NCBI GenBank assembly: GCA_964658025.1
Contig: CAZZXB010000067.1
Span: forward strand, 1-15,134
Direction of reading: 5' to 3'
Origin: an uncultured Janthinobacterium sp.
GTDB lineage: Bacteria > Vulcanimicrobiota > Vulcanimicrobiia > Vulcanimicrobiales > Vulcanimicrobiaceae
Length of the DNA stretch: 15,134 nucleotides
Below are positions 6,596 through 14,947 of the stretch, piece by piece. The position numbers and the translations under genes were made by a program. A model generated the notes under the pieces. The model searched no databases. It saw only the letters and a list, made by a program, of their open reading frames with translations, and was not told where the DNA came from. How positions within the stretch are numbered: the stretch's first letter is position 1; each line of letters opens with the position of its first letter.

Positions 6596-8252
6596 AGATC
6601 CGTCCCTCGGCTCGCAGCGGAGCGGGCGTCGTCTCCACGCGCTTCCGCGGCCCGCGGCCCGCGCCGCCGGTACCGCACCATCGTTCGCCGCATCGACGGC
6701 GTTCGTCATGGGCGCGACGCTCGTCTCGAGCGTGCTCGGCTTCTTTCGCGAGGTCGTGAACGCACGAACCTTCGGCACGCACGTCGAGATGGATGCGTTT
6801 CTCGCGGCGGCGACGATCCCGACGATCCTCTTCGGCGTGTTCAACGGCGCGCTCGTCAGCGCGCTCGTGCCGGTGTTCGCGGAGTACGTCGCCCGCGGGA
6901 AGGACGAGGACTGCGCGCGCCTCGCGAGCACGATCTTCAACGTCCTCGCGCTCGCGCTCTCGTTGCTCGCGGCGCTCGGATGGATCTTCGCGCCGTCGTA
7001 CGTCGGCGTGATCGCGCACGGCTTTCCGCCCGATCAACTGCGGACGACGATCGACATGACGCGACTGCTCATGCCGAGCATCGTCGCGACGAGCCTCGCG
7101 GGCGTGCTCTCCGCGATGCTCAACGCGCGCAATCGTTTCGGCTCGTCCGCGCTGCAAGGGATCGCGATCAACGCGGTGACGATCGCCGTCGTGTTCGTCT
7201 TCGCGCGCGATCTCGGCATCTACGCGCTCGTGCTCGGCACGAGCCTCGGCCTGTTCGCGCAACTCGTCGTTCAGGCGCCGGCGGTGCTCGGGCTGCGGAT
7301 GTACCGACCGGTGCTCGATCTGCGCCATCCGGGGCTCGCGAAGATCTGGATGATGCTCGGCCCGATCGTCGTCGGGTCGGCCGCGGGGCAGATCGCGCTC
7401 TTTTTCGATCGCCACTTCGCCTCGACGCTCACGCCCGGTTACATCTCGGGGATGAACTACGTCACGAAGCTCGTCGGCTTCCCGCAACAGATCTTCGCGG
7501 CCGCGATCGCGACCGTGATCTTTCCGTTGCTCGCGATGCAGTTCGCGTCGGCGAATCGTGTGGGAATCGCGCGTAGCGTGGAGATGGGTCTGCGGCTCGT
7601 GAACTTCATCACGATCCCGTCGGTCTTCGCGCTCATCGTACTCGGCCGTCCGATGTTCGCGGCGCTCTTCCAACGCGGCGAGTTCGGCGAGTCCGCGACC
7701 GATCTGTGCGGCGGATTGCTTCCGTACGCGGCGATCGGTCTCGTCGCGCTCGCGGCGTGCGTCGTGCTGACGCGCTGCAGCTTCGCGTGCAAGGAGACGC
7801 GTTGGACGGTCGCGATCTCGATCGCCACCGTCGCGCTCAACGTCGTCCTCTCGGTGCTCTGGCTCAAACCGCTCGGCGCGCGCGGGCTCCTGCTCGCGAA
7901 CTCGGTGAGCCAATGGATGCAGGCGCTGTTGTTACTCGTGCTCGTGCGCCGGCTCGTCGTGAAGCTCGATTGGCGCGCGCTCGCCGGATCGTTCGCGCGC
8001 GTCTTCGCGTGCTCGGCGATCATGGCCGCGGCACTCGTCTGGATCCGCTCGCTCGGCGTTCACGTCGGCGATACGTTCTTCGCGCGCGCGTGGTATCTCG
8101 TGGGTCAGCTCGCGATCGGGAGCTTCGTGTTCTTGGGAGCGGCGCGGATGCTCGGCGTCGAAGAACTCGCCCTCGTCGTCCGACTCATCGTCCGGAAATT
8201 CGAGGGACACGTCCCGAGCCCGCCGGAAAACCGAGAGGCCCCGATTGCTTGA
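6579..8252 (+). CDS. murJ: MurJ/MviN-family lipid-linked glycan flippase
   Basis: Motifs 'SSVLGFFREVVNARTFG', 'DAFLAAATIP', 'GALVSALVPVF', 'DRHFASTL..G.ISGMNY..KLVGFP' and 'LFQRGEF', with about 14 TMs. The start overlaps the upstream gene by 17 bp. Confidence 0.9.
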   Translation: MRAPIKDPSLGSQRSGRRLHALPRPAARAAGTAPSFAASTAFVMGATLVSSVLGFFREVVNARTFGTHVEMDAFLAAATIPTILFGVFNGALVSALVPVFAEYVARGKDEDCARLASTIFNVLALALSLLAALGWIFAPSYVGVIAHGFPPDQLRTTIDMTRLLMPSIVATSLAGVLSAMLNARNRFGSSALQGIAINAVTIAVVFVFARDLGIYALVLGTSLGLFAQLVVQAPAVLGLRMYRPVLDLRHPGLAKIWMMLGPIVVGSAAGQIALFFDRHFASTLTPGYISGMNYVTKLVGFPQQIFAAAIATVIFPLLAMQFASANRVGIARSVEMGLRLVNFITIPSVFALIVLGRPMFAALFQRGEFGESATDLCGGLLPYAAIGLVALAACVVLTRCSFACKETRWTVAISIATVALNVVLSVLWLKPLGARGLLLANSVSQWMQALLLLVLVRRLVVKLDWRALAGSFARVFACSAIMAAALVWIRSLGVHVGDTFFARAWYLVGQLAIGSFVFLGAARMLGVEELALVVRLIVRKFEGHVPSPPENREAPIA

Positions 8253-9540
8253 CACGTTCGCGCGCGTCGGTCGGTTCGCGCGCAGCGATTTTTTCGTCCA
8301 ATCCGTCGTCGTGTTCGCCTCGTCGATGGCGATCAACGCGCTCGGGTATCTCTTCCATTTCGCGATAAGTCGGCGGATCGGCGTCGTGCAGTACGGCGAA
8401 CTCTCCGCGCTCAACGCCGCCTACATGATCTGTCTGACCGTCGCGGGTATCTTCGCGACGATCGTCGTCAAATACGTCGCCGAATTGCGCGCCGTCGACG
8501 ACGAGAAGAAGCTCGCGGCGTTCGCGCGTCGGACGATCGTCGTCACCGGGAGCGTCAGCGCCGTCTCGATCGTGCTCGGGTTCGCGTGTGCGGGGCCGAT
8601 CGGCGCGTTTCTCAAGATCGACGACGTCCGCGCCGTCTGGTTCACGGTCGCGATCGTCGCGATGACGTTCACGGTCGGGCCGCTCCGCGCGGTCTTTCAA
8701 GGGATCGAGGAATTCGTCGCCTACTCGGCGCTCTCGACCGTCGAGAGCCTGCTCAAGGCGATCCTCGGCATCGCGCTCGTGTACGCCGGATTCGGCGTCG
8801 CCGGCGCGTTCGGCGGGTGGGCCGTCGGAACGATCACCGCGCTCGGCGCGACGATTTTCGCGCTACGGAAACGCTTCGCGGACGTCGATCGTTCGCCGCT
8901 CTTCATCGACGCGCGTCGGCTCGCGCGGACCGCGGCGAACGTCGCGCTCGCGATGCTGCTGCTCACCGTGCTCGGATATTTCGACGTGCTCGTGGTGAAG
9001 CACTACGCCGATCCGACGACGGCGGGTCTCTACGGCGCGCTCTCGCTCGCCGGAAAGATCCTCTTCTTTTTCGTGGCGTTCGTGCCGACCGTCGTGTTGC
9101 CGAAGGCCACGCGGCTCACGCTCTCGGGCGAGTCGGCGATGCCGATCTTCCTCCAGGCGATGGGTCTCGTGCTCGCGGTCTCCGCCGCCGGACTCGTGGT
9201 CTACGCGCTCTTTCCGGCCTTCATCGTCACGACGCTCGCCGGGGCCGCGTTCGCGCCCGCGGCACCCTACGTGTTCTCGTACGGCGTCGCGACCGTGTTT
9301 CTCGCGGCGCTCAACGTCGTGGTCACCTACAAGATGGGCGTCCACCAATTCGACTTTCTCGTCCCGCTCGGTCTCGTGACGGCCGTCGAGATCCTCGGCG
9401 TCTCGTTCCACCATCGCACGCTCACCGACGTGATCTCCGTGCTCTTGGTCGGCAACGCGGCGGCCTTCGCGCTCACGCTGCTCCGCCTCGGAGCGCCGCG
9501 GGCTCACGCCCGCCCGATGCCCTCCGCCGACGCCGCGTAG
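8245..9540 (+). CDS. Wzx-like oligosaccharide flippase (polysaccharide biosynthesis protein, MOP superfamily)
   Basis: About 12 TMs with 'NALGYLFHFAISRRIGVVQYGELSAL', 'RAVFQGIEEF', 'DVLVVKHY...AGLYGALSLAGKILFF' and 'VVLPK'. The TTG start overlaps the murJ stop. Confidence 0.85.
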   Translation: MLDTFARVGRFARSDFFVQSVVVFASSMAINALGYLFHFAISRRIGVVQYGELSALNAAYMICLTVAGIFATIVVKYVAELRAVDDEKKLAAFARRTIVVTGSVSAVSIVLGFACAGPIGAFLKIDDVRAVWFTVAIVAMTFTVGPLRAVFQGIEEFVAYSALSTVESLLKAILGIALVYAGFGVAGAFGGWAVGTITALGATIFALRKRFADVDRSPLFIDARRLARTAANVALAMLLLTVLGYFDVLVVKHYADPTTAGLYGALSLAGKILFFFVAFVPTVVLPKATRLTLSGESAMPIFLQAMGLVLAVSAAGLVVYALFPAFIVTTLAGAAFAPAAPYVFSYGVATVFLAALNVVVTYKMGVHQFDFLVPLGLVTAVEILGVSFHHRTLTDVISVLLVGNAAAFALTLLRLGAPRAHARPMPSADAA

Positions 9541-10643
9541 TCCCGCGCGCGCCGGGTCTCGCGCGCGACGCGAACGATCTCGCGCGTCGCCGGATCGTCG
9601 AGCGCGGCGACGATCCGCTCCGCGGCGTCGCCGTTGCCGAAGAGCGGCGGCCGCTCGGCGGGCCGCGGGAGCTCCGAGCGGAGCGCCGCGCGAATCTTCG
9701 CGGTGTCGGCGCCGACGAGCCTATTCCAGCCGGCCTCCACCGTGTTCGTCCATTCGGTCGAGTCGCGAACCGTCACGCAGGGGACGCCGGCGAAGTACGC
9801 CTCGCGCTGCACGCCGCCCGAATCCGTGAAGATCGCGTGCGCGCCCGATTCGAGCGCGACGACGTCGAGATAGCCGAGCGGTTCGACCGGAACGATCGCG
9901 GGCGGAAGCGGGATGCCGAAATCGCGCAGGCGCGCGGCCGTGCGCGGGTGGACGGGGAAGACGATCGGCCGCGGAGCCCCCTCGAACCCCGCGACGATCG
10001 CGGCGAGGCGCGCGCGATCGTCGGTGTTCTCCGCCCGATGGAGCGTCAGGAGATCGTACGGCGCCGAGACGAGCGGACGGAGATGCTCCGAGAGCGAGGC
10101 GCGCGCCGCGTCGCGCGCGCGCAAGAAGATGTCGTACATCACATCTCCGCACACGTGGACGTCGCGCACGATCCCCTCCGCCGCGAGGCGCCCGCGCGCC
10201 GCCTCGTCCGTGACGAGCGCGACGTCGGAGATATGGTCGGCGACGACGCGGTTGATCTCTTCGGGCATCGTGCGATCGTAGGACCGCATCCCTCCCTCGA
10301 TGTGGGCGAGCGGGAGGAAGAGACTCTTCGCCGCGAGCGCGCCCGCGAGCGTGCTGCTCGTATCGCCGCGGACGATGACGAGATCGGGATCGGTCGCGCG
10401 GAAGACGTCGGCGAGCGAGGCGATCATCTCCCCCGTCTGCGCGCTCGGCGTCGCGGCCGCGACGCCGAGATTGTAGTCGGGTTCGGGAATATTTAGTTGC
10501 TGAAAGAACCGGTCGGACATCCGCTCGTCGTAATGTTGACCCGTGTGGACGAGAATCTCTTCGTGCGCCCGCCGCAAGAGCGGCGAGAGGACGGCGACTT
10601 GCACGAATTCCGGACGCGCGCCGACGATGGAAACGATCTTCAC
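9504..10643 (-). CDS. wecB: Non-hydrolysing UDP-N-acetylglucosamine 2-epimerase family (WecB), probably WbpI-like (acting on a 2,3-diacetamido sugar)
   Basis: Motifs 'VGARPEF', 'HTGQHYD', 'GDTSSTLAGA', 'HIEGGMRS..MPEEINR', 'TLHRAENTD', 'FPVHPRT' and 'TDSGGVQREA'. It is divergent from the WbpE/B/D-like genes. Confidence 0.92.
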   Translation of the reverse strand: MKIVSIVGARPEFVQVAVLSPLLRRAHEEILVHTGQHYDERMSDRFFQQLNIPEPDYNLGVAAATPSAQTGEMIASLADVFRATDPDLVIVRGDTSSTLAGALAAKSLFLPLAHIEGGMRSYDRTMPEEINRVVADHISDVALVTDEAARGRLAAEGIVRDVHVCGDVMYDIFLRARDAARASLSEHLRPLVSAPYDLLTLHRAENTDDRARLAAIVAGFEGAPRPIVFPVHPRTAARLRDFGIPLPPAIVPVEPLGYLDVVALESGAHAIFTDSGGVQREAYFAGVPCVTVRDSTEWTNTVEAGWNRLVGADTAKIRAALRSELPRPAERPPLFGNGDAAERIVAALDDPATREIVRVARETRRARDYAASAEGIGRA

Positions 10644-10812
10644 GGAACCCGGCTACCCATGGAACATTGACGCTCCGATCTTAACCTTACGAGCACGTTT
10701 GACGAAGGTATGTGATGTGACGCGCCTTAAGCGCGTTTACGGTCCGATTGTAACCGAAGTATCGTAAAAGAAGATCGGGAACATAATCCACCCGCGGAGG
10801 CGTTGTCTTTTT
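10644..10812. promoter_or_regulatory. AT-rich divergent promoter region with a mirror-image motif TCGTAA-N3/4-AAGATCGG on each strand
   Basis: GC content is markedly lower than in the flanks. CCGATCTT-aacc-TTACGA (10675-10692) mirrors TCGTAA-aag-AAGATCGG (10762-10778). Central palindrome ACGCGC-cttaa-GCGCGT (10720-10736), CATAAT at 10782-10787 and a GGAGG RBS at 10796-10800. Confidence 0.6.
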
Positions 10813-11955
10813 ATGACTCCAACCACCCTCGACGTTTCCGTACCGCTCGTCGTGACGCATGTGGGTGAGGAAGAAGTCGCCGCCGTCACCGCCGTGTTGC
10901 GCTCCGGCCAACTCGCGCAGGGCCCCGAAGTCCTGTCCTTCGAGAGCGCCTTCGCCGAGATGGTCGGCGTCCGGCACGCCGTCGCGATGAATTCCGGCAC
11001 GGCGGCGAACCACGCCGGGCTCGACGCGATCGGGATCGGCGAGGGCGACGAAGTGCTCGCGACGCCGTTCACGTTCGCCGCGACCGCGACGCCGATCGTC
11101 ATGCAACGCGCGATCCCGCGCTTCGTCGACATCGATCCGCGCACGTACAACGTCGACCCGCAAGCGATGCTCGCGGCGGTCGGTTCGAAGACGCGTGCCG
11201 CGATGCTCGTCGACCTCTTCGGTCTCCCCGTCGATCCGCAGGGCGTCGCCGCGCTGCACGCGCGCGGCGTCCGCACGGTCGAGGACGCGTGTCAGTCGGT
11301 CGGCGCGAAGCGCGACGGCAAGCGTGCGGGCGCGATCGGCGAGTGCGCGTCGTTTTCGTTCTACGCGACGAAGAATCTCATGACGGGCGAGGGCGGGATG
11401 TTCACGACCGACGACGACGCGATCGCCGCGAGCGCGCGTCGCTTCCGCCATCACGGCCAGGGCGACCGCTACGAATATCTCTCGCTCGGATACAATTATC
11501 GGATGACCGATCTCTCGGCCGCGATCGGTCGCGTCCAGCTCTCGCGCCTCGACGAGATCTCGCGGGCGCGCCGTGCCAACGCCGCGTACTACGATGCGGG
11601 TCTCGCCGGAATCGCGGGGCTCGACACCCCGTACGTGCCCGCGGGCGTCGAACACGCGTACCATCAGTATTCGATCGTCATCGATGCGGGGCGCACGCCG
11701 AACGGCGCGAATCGCGACGACGTCCGCGCCGCGCTCGCGAAGCGCAACGTCGGGAGCGGCATCTACTATCCCAAGCCCCTCCACCTCCATCCGTTGTTCG
11801 CGCGGTACGGGTACGGTCCGGGCGATTTCCCCGTCGCCGAGCGCGTCTCGCAACAGATCCTCGCGCTGCCGATCCATCCGATGCTCGATTCCGCGCAACT
11901 CGCCGCGGTCGTCGCCGCCCTACGCGACGCCGTCGGAGCTCCGGCTACCGCGTGA
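10813..11955 (+). CDS. DegT/DnrJ/EryC1/StrS PLP-dependent sugar aminotransferase (WbpE/WlbC/GnnB-like)
   Basis: Motifs 'NSGTAA', 'GDEVLATPFTFAATA', 'VEDACQS', 'SFYATKNLMTGEGG' (PLP lysine) and 'GYNYRMTDLSAAIG'. Confidence 0.93.
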   Translation: MTPTTLDVSVPLVVTHVGEEEVAAVTAVLRSGQLAQGPEVLSFESAFAEMVGVRHAVAMNSGTAANHAGLDAIGIGEGDEVLATPFTFAATATPIVMQRAIPRFVDIDPRTYNVDPQAMLAAVGSKTRAAMLVDLFGLPVDPQGVAALHARGVRTVEDACQSVGAKRDGKRAGAIGECASFSFYATKNLMTGEGGMFTTDDDAIAASARRFRHHGQGDRYEYLSLGYNYRMTDLSAAIGRVQLSRLDEISRARRANAAYYDAGLAGIAGLDTPYVPAGVEHAYHQYSIVIDAGRTPNGANRDDVRAALAKRNVGSGIYYPKPLHLHPLFARYGYGPGDFPVAERVSQQILALPIHPMLDSAQLAAVVAALRDAVGAPATA

Positions 11956-12953
11956 ACGAGCGCAAACTGCGGATCGGCGTCGTCGGTTTCGGGGCGATCG
12001 GGCGTCATCACGCGCGCAACCTCGCCGCCATGCCGGGCGTCGATTTCGTCGGCGTCGCCGAGCCGTCGCAGATGGCGGCGTTGCACGCGGAGAGCGCCGG
12101 CCACCGCGTCTTCACGTCGACGGCCGATCTCATCGCCCACGGTCTCGACGGCGCCGTCGTCTGCGTCCCGACGAGCCTGCACGAAGAGGTCGCGATGCCG
12201 TTCATCGAGGCCGGCGTGGCGCTCCTGATCGAGAAACCGATCGCGCACACGATGGAAGCCGCGAAGAAACTCATCTCGCTCTGCGGCCGCGCGAACATCC
12301 CGCTCATGATCGGCTACGTCGAGCGCTACAACCCCGCGATGACCGCCGTTCGCGATTTCGTCGCCGGCGGAAATCTCGGGCGCTTGATCAGCATGTCGGC
12401 GCGTCGCGTCGGCGTGTTGCCGCCGCGGATCCGCGACGCGAGCGTGCTCATCGACATCGGCGTCCACGATATCGACATGGCGGCGTTCATCACGGGCGCG
12501 CGTCTCAACCTGCTCTGCGCGCAGGGCGGGATGGCCGTGTTGCGCGATCGGCTCGACTTCGCGACGTTATTGCTCGACGCCGCCGGATGCGTCGTCTCGA
12601 TCGAAGCGAATTGGATCACGCCCGTGAAGGTTCGCGAGCTCTCGATCACCGGGACGCACGGATACTGCCGCGTCGATTACATCACGCAAGAAGCGTGGTT
12701 CGCGCCGGGCGTCTCGTTCGAACCGACGGGCGATTACGACGAACTCGTCAAGCAATACAAAGAGGGCACGCTCATCACGTTGCCCGTCGAGAAGCGCGAG
12801 CCGCTCGCGTGCGAGCTCGAGGTGTTCGTCAAGGGCATCCGCGGCGGACCGCTCCCGCATCCGGCGATCGCGCTCGCGTCGCTCCGGATCGCGGAAGAGG
12901 CGACCGATTACATCAATCGCGTGCCGACGACGTTATCGGTGCGCGGCGTATGA
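11952..12953 (+). CDS. Gfo/Idh/MocA-family NAD-dependent oxidoreductase (UDP-GlcNAc or UDP-GlcNAcA 3-dehydrogenase-like)
   Basis: The GTG start at 11952 overlaps the previous stop (GTGA). Rossmann motif 'IGVVGFGAIG', plus 'IEKP', 'ERYNPA', 'DIGVHDID' and 'ANWITPVKVREL'. Confidence 0.9.
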   Translation: MNERKLRIGVVGFGAIGRHHARNLAAMPGVDFVGVAEPSQMAALHAESAGHRVFTSTADLIAHGLDGAVVCVPTSLHEEVAMPFIEAGVALLIEKPIAHTMEAAKKLISLCGRANIPLMIGYVERYNPAMTAVRDFVAGGNLGRLISMSARRVGVLPPRIRDASVLIDIGVHDIDMAAFITGARLNLLCAQGGMAVLRDRLDFATLLLDAAGCVVSIEANWITPVKVRELSITGTHGYCRVDYITQEAWFAPGVSFEPTGDYDELVKQYKEGTLITLPVEKREPLACELEVFVKGIRGGPLPHPAIALASLRIAEEATDYINRVPTTLSVRGV

Positions 12954-13765
12954 GCGTCGCCGCCGACGCGTTCGTCCACGAGACGGCGCTCGTGGAGAAC
13001 GGTGCCGAGATCGGCTCGGGCAGTAAGATCTGGCACCAGTCGCAGGTGCGCACGCGCGCCAAGATCGGCGCGCGTTGCATCGTCGGCAAGGGTGCCTTCG
13101 TCGATTTCGACGTCGTCATCGGCGACGATTCGAAACTCCAGAACTACGCCTGCGTCTATCACGGCGTCACCCTCGGACGCGGCGTGTTCGTCGGCCCGCA
13201 CGCCGTTTTCACGAACGACGTGCGACCGCGCGCGACCGACCCGACGTTCGCCCCGCTCGGCGACGGCGATTGGGAAGTCGGCGAGACGACGGTCGGCGAC
13301 GGTGCCGCGATCGGTGCGAACAGCACGATCCTTCCCAACGTGAAGATCGGGAAGTGGGCGATGGTCGGTGCCGCGGCGGTCGTCACGCGCGACGTCCCGG
13401 ATTTCGCGCTCGTCGTCGGCAGTCCGGCTCGTCGGATCGGTTGGGTCTGCGCTTGCGGAGCGCGCGTCGTCGACGACGCCACGTCGTGCGCGGACACGAC
13501 GTGCCGGACGATCATCCGGCGCGCTCGGGGGCGGCGGCTTCGGTCTGACGGGACGTCCGCGTCGGCTCCGGCGCCATCGCGAACCGCGCTCCGCGTCAGA
13601 AGCGGCGGACGTTACTCAGGTTCGCGCCGCGGAACGCCGCCTCGACCGCGTCGACGGTCGCGGGCTTCGCGAAGTACGCGACGACCGACCGGCCGCGTTC
13701 GATCGCTTCGACGTAATTATCGACTTCGCTGTCGGGGATCTCGAAATCGCCGAGGCGATCGGTGA
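12950..13765 (+). CDS. Hexapeptide-repeat N-acetyltransferase (WbpD/WlbB-like); 3' end doubtful, possibly really ending at 13548
   Basis: ATGA overlap at 12950. Left-handed beta-helix repeats with 'KIWH', 'KLQN', 'VFVGPHAVFTND', 'IGANSTIL' and 'VTRDVPDFALVVGSPARRIGWVCACG'. After ~13500 the frame runs on as low-complexity sequence, 170 bp into the convergent gene. Confidence 0.88.
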   Translation: MSVAADAFVHETALVENGAEIGSGSKIWHQSQVRTRAKIGARCIVGKGAFVDFDVVIGDDSKLQNYACVYHGVTLGRGVFVGPHAVFTNDVRPRATDPTFAPLGDGDWEVGETTVGDGAAIGANSTILPNVKIGKWAMVGAAAVVTRDVPDFALVVGSPARRIGWVCACGARVVDDATSCADTTCRTIIRRARGRRLRSDGTSASAPAPSRTALRVRSGGRYSGSRRGTPPRPRRRSRASRSTRRPTGRVRSLRRNYRLRCRGSRNRRGDR

Positions 13766-14006
13766 TCGAGTCGTTCCGAAAATACTCGCGCCGGTTCTGC
13801 GAGCTCGTGATCCCGGGAACGCCCGTCCCGGTCGACCCGTGATCGCCGAGCATATCGCGCCCGACGAAGTGACTCGACGAACTCTCCTGGGCGTCGTCGG
13901 GTGAGAGCACCTGCAACGAATCGGGGTCGTGACCCGCGTCGCGAATGGCGGCACGCAGGGTGCTGAGGTCGGTTCCCTGCAGCAGGCCGGTCACGATGGT
14001 TGCCAT
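13596..14006 (-). CDS. Small hypothetical protein, general stress protein (YflT/17M-like) candidate, 136 aa
   Basis: ATG at 14006 with a strong GGAGGA RBS (14011-14016). The C-terminal 'LGDFEIPDSEVDNYVEAIERGRSVVAYF' resembles the L-x-x-l-G-i-p...Y...i..G..lV signature of that family. Confidence 0.65.
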   Translation of the reverse strand: MATIVTGLLQGTDLSTLRAAIRDAGHDPDSLQVLSPDDAQESSSSHFVGRDMLGDHGSTGTGVPGITSSQNRREYFRNDSITDRLGDFEIPDSEVDNYVEAIERGRSVVAYFAKPATVDAVEAAFRGANLSNVRRF

Positions 14007-14066
14007 GTGGTCCTCCAAGGTGCGATAGCGACGAGCGGTCCGTTTCGCGCTTGGGGCCCCACGCCC

Positions 14067-14094
14067 TCGGCGCGAATTTTCGGGAGCGCGCCGA
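14067..14094 (-). terminator. Possible hairpin immediately after the stop of the 14096-14947 gene (no U-tract)
   Basis: TCGGCGCG (14067-14074) and CGCGCCGA (14087-14094) form an 8-bp stem with a 12-nt loop. Confidence 0.25.
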
Positions 14095-14095
14095 C

Positions 14096-14947
14096 CTACG
14101 CGGGTCGATCGACGCGACCGCTCGTGGTCGCGACGCCGTGCGTGAACGCGCGGAACGAGGTCTCGCGCACGAACGCGAGGCACGCCGCGCCGAGCCCGAC
14201 GAGCAGGACGAGCGCGCCGACCGCCCAGCCGACGAGCGGGAACGATTCGGCGACCGAGACGACGAGCAGGCCGAGCGCGAGCGCGCCGAGCGGCGAGGCC
14301 GACGCGTGCGGCACGAGCAGTTCGTAGAGCCGCCGACCGATCAACATGCCGACGCTCGCGTACCCGATCCACACGCACGCGAGAAACGCGGCGAAGAGGA
14401 TCGGGACGAGCGGGATGCCGACGACGGTGCACACGAGCAGGATCGCGATCGGAAACAACGCCACCGCCGCGACGAGACCCGCCGCACCGGAGAGTCCGGG
14501 ATGTTTTTCGACGCGATCGAGCGCGACGCGCACGCGCATCGGAAAGAGTAAGAACGCGAAGAGCACGACGACGTCCCAACCGAGTTTGCGGAAGAAGCCG
14601 TCGTACTGCGTGAAGAGATCGTCGCTCGAAAGCGGGCCGAGCCACGGCACCGCGCCGTCGTCGAACGCGTGGACGACGCGACCGCCGACCGCACACCCGT
14701 CGAGCTGGTCGAAACTGCCGAAGAACGTCCGCACGTCGCCGTCGACGACGGCGCCGTCGTCGCAGGTGACGCTTCCGAACACGATGTCGAGATTGCCGCG
14801 TACGACGTCGCCCTCGCCGAGATCGAGATGGCTGAACCACACGGTCTTTCCGCGGCTGAACGACTCGGCCGAGGCCGGAAGCGCGACGATCGCGGCGAGC
14901 GCGACGAAGACCGCGACGAGCGCGAAGAAACGACGGACCGGGATCAT
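14096..14947 (-). CDS. Membrane protein with an N-terminal extracytoplasmic bactofilin-like (polymer-forming) beta-helix and C-terminal TM helices
   Basis: Signal peptide (ASA|E), repeats 'DVVRGNLDIVFGSVT', 'AVVDGDVRTFFGSF' and 'CAVGGRVV', then TMs including 'CTVVGIPLVP' and 'FPLVGWAV...GLGA'. Confidence 0.7.
   Translation of the reverse strand: MIPVRRFFALVAVFVALAAIVALPASAESFSRGKTVWFSHLDLGEGDVVRGNLDIVFGSVTCDDGAVVDGDVRTFFGSFDQLDGCAVGGRVVHAFDDGAVPWLGPLSSDDLFTQYDGFFRKLGWDVVVLFAFLLFPMRVRVALDRVEKHPGLSGAAGLVAAVALFPIAILLVCTVVGIPLVPILFAAFLACVWIGYASVGMLIGRRLYELLVPHASASPLGALALGLLVVSVAESFPLVGWAVGALVLLVGLGAACLAFVRETSFRAFTHGVATTSGRVDRPA

Noticed and set aside
9504..9540. 37-bp convergent overlap of the flippase and epimerase genes
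   Set aside because: Short tail-to-tail overlaps are ordinary in high-GC genomes.
10711..10731. TGTGA half-sites as a CRP/FNR box
   Set aside because: No TCACA-like second half at 6-bp spacing.
11289..12949. Long N-terminal extensions of ORFs 11289-12953 and 11573-13765
   Set aside because: They overlap real upstream genes in other frames; the true starts are the coupled GTGA (11952) and ATGA (12950).
14007..14840. Upstream extension of ORF 13596-14840
   Set aside because: Shadow of the 14096-14947 gene; the RBS supports a start at 14006.
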